A stretch of 64,000 bases of DNA from Oculina patagonica (Eukaryota), in the NCBI RefSeq assembly GCF_052425735.1, contig NC_135765.1, positions 1,860,001 through 1,924,000 of the forward strand, given 5' to 3'. The notes beneath the pieces are model-generated. The model saw nothing but the letters and a program-made list of their open reading frames with translations. It made no database searches and had not been told where the DNA came from. A program made the position numbers and the translations under genes. Shown here piece by piece: positions 30,939-41,274 of the stretch. Positions within the stretch are counted from its first letter, which is position 1. Every line of letters begins with the position of its first letter.

Positions 30939-31327
30939 TTTGAATGTGAAAATTCCTTCAAGATTTCAAGGATGAGATCGTAACTGAACGCGATGCTGTC
31001 CTATATACGCGTAGATATCTGTGTAGAGGACTGAAACTATGTTTGTGTTAGTCCTGCACAGTCTTTCCACAATCTTTTTAGTGAAAATTTATAAATTTCT
31101 GCTCCATCAAAGTTGTTGTGGAAACGGCGAAAACAACCTGCGCCAGCGATGTGAAGAACGTCTCTCAGCGGATGCGCTGGACTGAAAACTCCCGGATGTT
31201 AGAACCCAGTGTCTTGCTGACCAAGGACGCCTTGCTGAACACGAACACGTGAAAGTGAAAAACATCTTTGGTCATCTCTCTTTGAGGGGATCTTTTAGTT
31301 GAAAGAAAACTCAGATATCTAAAAAAA
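30939..31327. promoter_or_regulatory. Bidirectional promoter CCDC39 / NOL7-like, with X-box and E-box
   Basis: ATGs are about 390 bp apart head-to-head. GTTTCCACAACAAC (minus, 31112-31125) fits the RFX X-box; CACGTG lies at 31246-31251. Confidence 0.65.
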
Positions 31328-32110
31328 ATGAGAAAGAAAACTAAAGGAAGAAAACTTAAACCGAATTCAAGTCAGAATAAGGGAAAACTAACAGATCAGA
31401 GCACCGAATCTACCGTGGAAAGTGAGGTTCAAGTGCAGGCGCAGAAATCAAGTGGTGCCGGCGGAGAAGATCTTATAAAGGATGAAAATGAGCACGTTAT
31501 TGCTGTGATAGATAAGAGCCCAGCTAAGGGTAAAACCAGTGAAGAGAGTAATACAGAGGTTGATGATGACGGTGACGATGCTCCAGAGGACGTTTCTTGG
31601 AAGTCTAGCAAAGAAAGTGCAATTCGAGAACGGACACTCGAGAAAGAAATCGCTCTTGATGCTAAACGAAAAGAAAAGCAAACCAGAATAGAGAGAAATG
31701 AAAGATTACGAGAGCAGAAGGAAAGAAAAAGAGCGAGAGAATACTCTAGACTACCAATGGAGGTTCTCCAGGAGGTTGCTAAGCGACAAAAGTCCCAGAA
31801 TAATGAAGACGTCTTATCACAGTCAGTTGACACTGGAAATCACGTGACATTTGACAGTTCAAGCGAAGATGATCAAGACGAAAAAGAAGAGGGACCAGAA
31901 GTCAATGACGAAACACCAGAAATCAAAGTTCTTGTTTTACCGAGGGAAGTGAAGAAGCCTAAGAAAATCCAACAATCTGCAAGTTTGTTTTTACGAGAGC
32001 AATTGTTTGGTGATAGGATTCAGCGCATTTCACCATCAAAGGACTCAGATCGCACAAGAAAATATAAAACAATAGCTCCTGCACTTAAGTTTTCCAAAAA
32101 ATCATGGTAG
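31328..32110 (+). CDS. NOL7: Nucleolar protein 7-like (NUC129/Utp16 family), single coding exon, 260 aa
   Basis: DDAPEDVSW followed by a charged coiled coil, ..REQKERKR..RLPMEVL, and C-terminal QQSASLFLREQLFG..IQR..PALKF. This parallels the recalled NOL7 motif order. Confidence 0.75.
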   Translation: MRKKTKGRKLKPNSSQNKGKLTDQSTESTVESEVQVQAQKSSGAGGEDLIKDENEHVIAVIDKSPAKGKTSEESNTEVDDDGDDAPEDVSWKSSKESAIRERTLEKEIALDAKRKEKQTRIERNERLREQKERKRAREYSRLPMEVLQEVAKRQKSQNNEDVLSQSVDTGNHVTFDSSSEDDQDEKEEGPEVNDETPEIKVLVLPREVKKPKKIQQSASLFLREQLFGDRIQRISPSKDSDRTRKYKTIAPALKFSKKSW

Positions 32111-32137
32111 CTTAGTGGATGTCACTATAAAGTTATA

Positions 32138-32323
32138 CAGTAGGATCCCAATTTCTCAAACCTTTGGGGGAAACGGAAATAATATTGCATGCTTCAAGAA
32201 ATTGGGAAGTTTGAGAAATCAAAAGTAAAATTCAAGAGCAGTACCTTCCCAGGGAAATGAAAATTGGTTTGAGAAATTGGTTGGTTTGAAAGACTGAAGG
32301 TTTGAGAAATTGGGATTCTACTG
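32138..32323. mobile_element. Tc1/pogo-type MITE immediately 3' of the NOL7-like stop
   Basis: TA|CAGTAGGATCCCAATTTCTCAAACC...GGTTTGAGAAATTGGGATTCTACTG|TA. Confidence 0.9.
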
Positions 32324-33412
32324 TACATTGTGCATAAAAAACAGGTTTAAGTTGTTACAAAGCTGCATGTTTGATGAAGGGCACATCATAGAGTCATCAT
32401 ATACTGATGGTTGGAATTCTCCATTTCCCTTAATTATTTACATACTGTCTGTTTGTAGAATAACTTAAGAAATCACACAAGTCATATAGCATGGGGCTGA
32501 AAGGGTTGAATGATGCATGTTCAGTGAACAATATCTGTTGGTGTACATGTTTCACTTTTGTCAAAGGAGAAATTTCAAAAAAAAATGTTGACTGGGAATA
32601 ACAAAAATTAGGGGAAGAGAGAATTTTAATACACAGGTAGTGAAAATAACCAATTATTTGCAGTGACAGGAAACCTTTAAACTTTTTTATATTGTTCTTA
32701 TTCTGAGGCATTATTTTATATTTTCTCCTGAGTTGCACAACTACAATTGGAATAAAACCCGCTATACAAGTATACCCTGTCTAGGGTCAGCACAAACATT
32801 TAGCCTATTTATGCTACGTATTTCCACACTGTTAATTAACATTCAATTCATTTATTCTGAACAAATACTGTAACTTTTTGAAGTAACTGACAAAGCAGTA
32901 AAGTGTTTCTTGATGTTTTCTTATGTCAACAAGAATGGAATAAAGCTTGTCTGCATTATGAAGATAGTTCAGTCAACATGAACTGACAATCAGTGATTTT
33001 AAATCAATAAATGTATTCTCCTTCAGGGTGTGTGAACTCAACTGTGTTGGTTTGTGATGCCATATTTAAATAAAAGATTAAAAATATGACCTGATGTAAT
33101 TGAAAAATAAATAAATAAAAAAAACAAAAACAAGGTCAGAGGCAGTGCTGGGGATGAAAATTTACTTGTGACACAACAAATTTGTGCAATGCAAAAGTGT
33201 GCTTAAATTGAAACAGAGGTTTAAAATTTTGAAACAAGGATAACATCCGTGTAAATCCATGGTGTAAAGATATAAATATCGCAACAAAGGCATTGCGTGA
33301 CGAGTCGAGACATTGCGTGATGTGTCGAGCGTGACAGAAGGCGAGGCATGTGAAACTGGGAATACCTGCTGATTCACGCACTGAGCCCGCAATATCAACC
33401 CATCTTTTCAAA

Positions 33413-36400
33413 ATGGTGAGCTTCGGCAATATTTTGTCTTGATACAAAATCGGGGAAGTCTTTCCTCTTGGAGTTTTGTCACACGATATGAAACAGCGGT
33501 TTAATTTTGTTGTTTTATTTCAGTTTCAGTTTATGCTGCTCTTTAGCCGTCAAGGCAAACTTAGACTACAGAAATGGTACACCGCTTCGAGTCAAAAGGA
33601 GAAGAAGAAAATTACCCGTGATCTGATCACCACTGTTCTTGCTAGGAAACCGAAAATGTGCAGCTTTCTTGAGTACAAGGACATGAAGGTTGTTTATAAA
33701 AGGTAAATATAGGTAGCAGTTATCTTTATATTTGAGAAAATAAAAGCTGGAACCTGTACACTATTGAATTTATAGATGATGCGGCATCATAATGATTATT
33801 AAATTGGGGAAACAACTTTGTCGACAGATGGCCGTCAGTAGTTCTATAAGATATTGTTATAAATTCTCTAGCAATACTTTGTTCAAATGCCGATCAACGC
33901 TATTGCTGAGTTAAACAAGGGAATGTTGCTGTGATGGGAAGTGTCTAGTCGGTTTTTCGTGCATTTTGTATTAAATACCAGCAGGAACATTGATTCAGGC
34001 TATATTTGGAAAACTGCAACACTTCCCGGCCAATATAATGCATCCTCCAAAGTTTATCTCACAATCCTCCCTGGCTATATGATTATCAGAAGGAATTTTA
34101 CTGAACCAGTCAGTTATATTTGTACCATACTAATGCACACGTCAATGTTAAGCTGCAGGAGGGGGAGGCTGGGCATAGGAAGGAATGGTCAAAAAGTCAT
34201 GGCTACAGCCAGACAGTTGCTGTCAAATCCCATGCTATGCTCAGCCTCCCCCCCCCCTGCAGCCTAACACTGAGAGGTGCATAACATTTAACATTTCTTT
34301 TTTTAATTTCTAAGATATGCAAGTTTGTATTTCTGTGTGGCAATAGAAAAAGATGACAATGAGCTTCTTACTCTGGAAATAATCCACAGATATGTTGAAC
34401 TTCTTGACAAGTATTTTGGAAGTGTAAGTATAAAACACCAATTTCTGTTCGAGGTGACAAAAACATTTTCTCACTGTTTTGTATTTTGCCGCAATGCTTT
34501 CAATTGGCACTGATGGGTGACAAGAAGTGTCAGCTACTTTGCACTGCTTTAAGGCTGCAAATTATTATTTTTTGCTGAAAGGACATATGTCAGACTAAGT
34601 CACCATTTTGATTGGACAAAACAAAAATGTGGTTGAACAGGGCTTTACATTGAAATTTATTTTTGATTCAAAATTGTCACAAGAGAATTGTCACCTGGAA
34701 AATGATATTAATGGTCATTTATGATTTATTCAGCCTGACATGTTGTCGGACTACGGTTGGGATTTTAACGGACATAAGCAAATTTTGGTCGGCCATTGTC
34801 CAATGACCGACTGTTATTTGTAGTCCTGCTACTTTGCTCAGAGAAGTCGGCTTCTTTTCCCCCTAAACTAAAGAAATTAAAGAAAGATTCTTTCAAACAG
34901 TCAGATACTCTTTTCAAACCAGCTGCCTACTTGGCATAATAATTTTTGTACATATTTATTTTCTGATAGGTATGTGAGCTAGACATCATTTTTAATTTTG
35001 AGAAGGCATATTTTATGCTGGATGAACTGATACTCGGTGGAGAGATTCAAGAAACAAGCAAGAAAAATGTTCTGAAGGCAATTTCAGCTCAAGATCTCCT
35101 TCAGGAGGTATGTGAATCCTTACTTCATGTTCATATTACGCCACTGTCATTATCTGTTGAGTATGGCTTGAGGGAGGCGTGGTGGACTAATGGTTAGCGC
35201 GCATGACTCTGGGTCGAATGGCCAAGGTTCGAGTCCTGGCTGGGCACTGCGTTGTGGTCTTGGGCAAGACACTTTACTCTCACAGTGCCTCTCTTCACCC
35301 AGGTGTATAAATGGGTACCAACGAATTTACCTGCTGAAGGTAACCCTGCGATGGACTAGCATCCCATCCAGGGGGGAGTAGCAATACTCCTAGTCGCTTA
35401 ATGCTACAAAAAGTGGGATAAGCTCTGGCTGTATGGGCCACTTGGCTTGGACACAGACTTTACCTACCGGTATGGCTTGAGGGAAGTTGTGTCACAAAGC
35501 ACCCAGGCTCCTGTCATTCTTATATGGATCAAAACGCCCCGACAAAAGGCTATTGCTCAAAACCTCAGCTTTTCAAAATTTGTTACAGTGGTTATTTTAC
35601 CTTAATCCCCTTCAAGAGTTCATAAACTATGTGACTCCTAAAATAATACTCGCAACTTCGTTTTTAAAACACTTATAACTGTGATAAATGTGTGACAAAT
35701 TTTGTGGCGACTTGTTTAGTGAAACACTTGTAAATTTAACTTTAACTAACTAACTTACTTCCAGGTAATAAACATATACACGCGTCTAATATTTCAATAC
35801 TTAAAATAATTTTAAAAAGGCTTCTAAATATATATTGTAATCGTTTAACAACTTTAAAATCTGTCATCATACATATCATGGCCAGAACTTGTGAGCTACT
35901 CTCACTGTTGCCTCCCTTTTCACATTCTGTTTTTAAAATTCATGCACCACATAACACGTTTTCTCTTTGCATTTCCTATTGATGCATTCTCTATTCACAG
36001 CCACACACAAATCTTTACACACGTTCATTACAGTTACGATAAAAATTCTCCTTTCTGGTCTACGTTCATTTTTAACAGAATCAGTTAGGAGAAATTGGGT
36101 GTTGGTGTTCTTTCCTATTGATGTACACATTCACATACAACCCTTTACACCTTAATGAAAACATGATGCATATTTATCCTTCCTGGTCCCAAACATTTCT
36201 CACAGCACCAGATAGGAAAGTTTCTAAGGCATTTGTGTCATGTTATCTTCACTAGTGAGAGGCATACTTTTGTCTGTCTGTCCATCACTGCTAATGATTT
36301 CTGCTGATCACACTCCAGAACCAAGATGCAGTGGGGGTACTGGTCGTGAAGGGACTGTGTCACGGCTAAGTTAATTATTTTTATGTTATTAAATTTTGTC

Positions 36401-36942
36401 AAATATGCGCTATGAAACTAAATGTTTGCAAAGAAATTAATTCTATGATTCTAAATGACAAAACCATAGCTTCATTGTCTCCCCGGCATTTCAATTTATA
36501 GTCACAAGCAGACATGTTTAACTTTGAAAGTTGTTCCGCCAAACCATATTTCAAAAACCCATATCGCAATCCGTATCAAACTTCAACACTTTTGGCCATC
36601 CGTACCTTCTTTTGCATTTGGTGTGTCATTTAAATATCCCTCACTGTTTTAAGAGGTTGTTTTGTATATTCAACAAATTTGATGGTCATTTCCTATGCCT
36701 TAGTTTGGCTAAAATCTGTGACACAGTCCCTATAAAACCAATATATAACTTCTCCTTACTCACCACCATACCTTTCATATAATACCAGTAGTGAGAATTG
36801 TTTTCACATCTACATCTACTCACTCTGCTGTTATCTATGCTAACTAATCCTCTCCTCTGAGCTGCCTCTTTGCCTTCCTTTCATGCTTTTTCCACAGGAA
36901 GCAGAGCTGCGAAGTGCTTTGGAGGAGATGGGTCTTGCCTGA
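33413..36942 (+). CDS. AP1S2: AP-1 complex subunit sigma (AP1S1/2/3 co-orthologue), 157 aa with the first EEMGLA exon
   Basis: Exons 33413-33415 (ATG), 33524-33702 ([19 protein letters not shown]), 34315-34423 ([26 protein letters not shown]), 34970-35107 ([25 protein letters not shown]) and 36898-36942 ([14 protein letters not shown]). Confidence 0.96.
35172..35469 (+). mobile_element. Full-length tRNA-derived SINE with a CORE/MIR-like central domain
   Basis: A box GTGGACTAATGG, B box GGTTCGAGTCC and core CTTGGGCAAGACACTTTACTCTC..TGTATAAATGGGTAC. Direct repeat GTATGGCTTGAGGGA at 35161-35175 and 35470-35484. A degraded copy lies at about 47575-47820. Confidence 0.9.
36350..36731. mobile_element. 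Kolobok-like non-autonomous element in the last AP1S intron
   Basis: AGGGACTGTGTCAC...GTGACACAGTCCCT inverted termini. Confidence 0.8.
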
Positions 36943-36988
36943 ATTCTTTCATCTGTAAATCTCTACTTCTGATCCTTTTGTTCTACAG

Positions 36989-37033
36989 GAAGGCGAGCTC
37001 CAGCGCACGCTGGAAGAAATGGGTTTGGCCTGA
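36989..37033 (+). CDS. AP-1 sigma alternative terminal exon (EGELQRTLEEMGLA*)
   Basis: Has its own branch-like CTGAT, pyrimidine tract and TTCTACAG acceptor. It is phase 0 and paralogous to 36898-36942. Confidence 0.8.
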   Translation, partial: EGELQRTLEEMGLA

Positions 37034-37088
37034 ACTGTCTCCTCTTCTCCTTCTTCAACATCTTGTCCTAACATCTTCACTTCTACAG

Positions 37089-37136
37089 ACCAAGATGATG
37101 AACTTTTCACAACGGGATGCTCTGTATCATATCTAA
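37089..37136 (+). CDS. AP-1 sigma candidate third terminal exon (TKMMNFSQRDALYHI*)
   Basis: CCTAAC branch site, pyrimidine tract and TTCTACAG acceptor. Exon size and spacing are similar to the preceding two. AATAAA follows at about 37209. Confidence 0.5.
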   Translation, partial: TKMMNFSQRDALYHI

Positions 37137-39469
37137 AAGCGAGATTCTGTTGAAATGGCCTAAAACTTAGCCTGTTATATGCACTATTAGTTTCAGTCTG
37201 TAGTTTGGAATAAAATCACAAAATGCAACATTCTTTGCCCAGGCTGCAGTGTTAGCGCCTCTGTAGATCTAATCTGGAGGTCTTGGGTTCAGATTCCATC
37301 GGAGATCACTTCCAAGGGATGTTGATCAATGTGATCAACATAGACAAAAGGATCGCATAGGCTGTCCTCAATAAATCCACAGACTGAAATTAACAGTGTT
37401 TAGGCCATTTTCACAGAAGTCTGTTTCTTAAATAACTGTCTTGAATTGTTTAAGTATACTTGATTAAAAACAGGTATTCGTATATATAAGTTGAAGTGTG
37501 GGTTTCTTTTGTGGAAAATTGAAAAGGACAGAACTTTGAACTGGAAATTAATTACCAGTAGGTATCTTGCAAATCAAATTTCTGTATACTGGAAAAATTA
37601 TGTAGTTTTCAAATCTTATAAATATTATATAGAATAATAGTACCAGGTATATTTCTATGAAGGCAGCAATCCTTTGCACTTATTGTTTGTTCTGTGACTT
37701 TTTGTTATGTTTCAAATTTCTTTTTTGTGGTAAGTCAACTCTCGCCTTGCGGACACCCCGCTTTGCTGCCCCGGGTACCCTAACGCCCCCGCGGGCCACT
37801 ACATATAATGTATTTTTCTTTTTTTTACTGCAACGTGCTAACAGTTTTGAAGACATTTTTTAACTGGTGTTTGGTAAAATGTAACAAAAAAAAAACATAA
37901 CAAATAGCTTTTTCAGTTTAAGAGTGCTTATCATGCCTAATGTTTTTTTAAATAAAAAATTAAAATGTAAACTATAAATTCGAACTCTATTTTATAGATT
38001 CCATATCCCATATTATAGTTTGTAAATAATCAATAATTAAATATTAATGTAATTAATAACTACTAATATATTTCTCTTTTAATTTTAATCCTTACTTGAA
38101 TCGCCCCTTTGATATTGTAGCCAAATTATGTTATTAAAGTAAAAAATTTAGCTTGTTTTGAACGGTAAAACGCAGCCTGCGTAGCAAGCGTTCTCGTACG
38201 AATGAAGATTAGACCTGATTGGCTGGGAAGAGAACATGTTTGTTCTGATTGGTTGGACCAAAATGCACGAGTATTTTGAACCAATAACAAAGCTTGGGAA
38301 CACAAAAAGGAAACATGTAACAATGCTTGAAACAAAAAGCAACTAGAGTGCTGTACTTCATACGGTTTTGTTTGTTTGACAGGAAGGGGAACTGCAGCGT
38401 ACACTGGAGGAAATGGGGCTGTCATAATTACAAGTTGCATGATGAAGGGAAGGGAGAACTTTATAATGGAATTAGAATCTTCTGTAGTTAATTTCCAAAT
38501 CCACTTTTTGTGACATTTTATACTCTTGTTCGTCTGGGTTTAGCTGTTTCTGATCAGACGTTAGTGCCACTCAAAGCACAAGGAACTCGTGAAAAGGTGT
38601 TTCCCTGTTGCTCAGAAAAGAATACTTCTCTTAAACCGCATGCCGTTCTGGTTTTCTTTTTTTACCTCCCTTTTTCACTTGTTCCTTGCCACCCGAGATA
38701 AATTCTCAATGCACAGTTAGCGAATTGAAAATAAGTGGCATTCGGTTATCCGTAAAAAGCATTTAAAGGTAAACATGGTTTGTCACCTTCGTCTTTGTTT
38801 GATTCAAGATAGATTTAATGCCAAATGTGAAAATGAGAACTTTGTAAAGCTGTAGTATACTATTAAAGTAAAACGAAATAGATATTTTGTCTCAGTTACT
38901 GTATTCAGTGTGTGTACATGCACGTACAGCGTATGTAAAGGATCGATGAAGCAATGACGTCCTTCATGCATCCCGCTTTGTAAGTTCTAGCCCCACAGTA
39001 TCATAATGACGTTTCATTTTCTACCTTCCGAGGCGGCCTAGCCACAGCCCATGCTGGTTCGTGATTTACTCACCATCCCCAATAACCTGAAACCTGAAAC
39101 CTCAAGCGTCCAAGCAATCACAAAGGTAGCCGGTACCAGGTTTCGGTTAGTTGGGTCGTAGCGCGAAGGACGGCGAGTGGAAAAAAAAAATGAAGAAAAT
39201 AATGAATTGGGGCTTCTTCGCCCCATTTATTTCACTTTCCGGTATTCGCGCTTTTCTCCAACTAACCGAACGCCTGGTGCATGCTTTCGCAGAAGTAGCG
39301 AGTCACTACAATCGCTTATTAGTGTAGTAAACAATCGAATCAGAACTCAAAGTTAACATGTGCAACCAGTGGCAAACGCAGGACAAGTCACTTAATCAAA
39401 CGGTTTGTTTTGCATTGCGACTATTTTCAGAGACCTATTGTTAGTTATTTATCGTGTCTAAATAAAAGA

Positions 39470-39471
<2 letters not shown>

Positions 39472-39543
<72 letters not shown>
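39472..39543. repeat. (ATT)n microsatellite
   Basis: Perfect trinucleotide run. Confidence 0.98.
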
Positions 39544-39544
<1 letters not shown>

Positions 39545-41274
39545 ATTTATTTAGACAAAGCTTCGTAAAAAAGATAAATGGTTTTTTTTAGCAGCCTTGT
39601 GAATGACTTTACCTACCCCAGTCTGCTGTTTTCCACGCTGTCAGTGTTTTTAGTATTCCTTCTGGGGATACCAAATTCACTAGGGATTTTGGTACGGGGG
39701 TTCCAAAAACTCGGGGATTCCAAAATCTCGAAAAATCACTGTGAATGCCTGAGTACAGAACTTCAGGTCCCGCCGATCGCCCCGTGACATTAAGCGATTG
39801 TCATCGGGCTTAAAGAAGACCTTGAGTTTCGACGATGGGCCGAAAAAAATCATCCTGGTAACGTACCTCTTCAAAGATCCTTTGTAGTTTCTATCTGACG
39901 ATCGGTTTTAAAGGGGGAAGGGGGGGGAGGGGGGAAGAGTGGAACTGAGTTCCCTTCTCCCCGCTCACCCTCCTCCGTTTTCACTCCTTGAATTTCCTCA
40001 ATATTCCTACTACCACCCTCCCCCATTTTTACGCCTCCTACGTAGGCTATGCTACGTCAGTTATGTCATGTAGTATGGAACTTTACGCAATTTCGGGTGA
40101 GGTCGAATCTCTTCCGGCCGAGCAGGATAAGAATATGATTGTACCTTGAATTTGCAATGCAACCTTGATTATTTCATCACGCTCTTTACATTTGTGTTGT
40201 TTTGTTTGTTTTCTTCTGTAAACAAGACATCCCGATTGTTTGCATCCTGATTATCCACGTAAGCAAAAAAACGCACGTTTCTTGTAGCCTTTAATACCAA
40301 TGACTTAAAAAAAAATCTTACCAAAAATGCAAAAAGGGCAAAGTAGCACGCTAAATTTTACAACTCTGAAAAGAAATTCCGGAAAGTAAAAATATATTTT
40401 CACGTTTCATTATTTATGGCCTGCGAATATAGCGGCTTGTGTGCGTGCCGCTTGTACGGTCAAGTTTTCGCAACACTGCGTTACTGGTTACGTGTCAAGC
40501 GACGGAAATGCGAACTAAATACGACGTCATTTTCTTCCAGTCCAATCCGCGGGAAGCCGGATGTGATGTCATTTTCGTGGCGTTTTTGCAGCACAACAGG
40601 CACGCGAGTTAGTGCTTCTTGTCACGCAAGGGAAATACATACACGAAACCTTCAAACCAAGATATGTTGTAAACCACTGGATATCATTTGTTTTGTTACA
40701 ACATGCAGAGATGAGGCAATACAATGGAATTCCATAAATAATTTATTAAATAAAAATATGCATACTTTCTTACAATTTTGTTGTCATAAAATAGTTTGAA
40801 GACAATCGAGTTTCGCAATTAGTACAAGAGACAATTAATTTAGTGCCTTGAAAGGCGTGAAGGCGGCCGGATTTCGGTATTTATATAAGTCTTGTTTACG
40901 TCATAAAGGATCGTGGCGAGTGTTTACAGAAATGACAAATGGACTCTGTGGGAATTTTCAGTCGATTAGCAACTCAAATGAAATCTGTAAATAAACATTG
41001 TGCTATTAGTGCGTGTCAGATTTAGATCATACTGATTATCGTGGATAAAACCACTAAAACATCGCAACTGAAATCAATAAAACAAATCAACCAAACCCTA
41101 GTATATTTCCACTCTACAACAATTAACTGCGCTGTGATTTCCGCACTAGTTTTGAATATTTGTCGGAACGCATTCAACCTTGAAAGGCATGTATGCCACG
41201 AACTCTTGAACTTCATCAATAGTTTAAAAGTGGCATACTTTGCGACGATAATTTAGCAGATAATATCATTGCAT

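Noticed and set aside
35015-35381. ORF extensions past AP1S exon 4
   Set aside because: They read through the donor at 35108 into the intron and SINE sequence.
38940-38952. GGATCGATGAAG resembling 5.8S rRNA, as a possible snoRNA guide
   Set aside because: Too short, and not positioned next to a convincing D/D' box.
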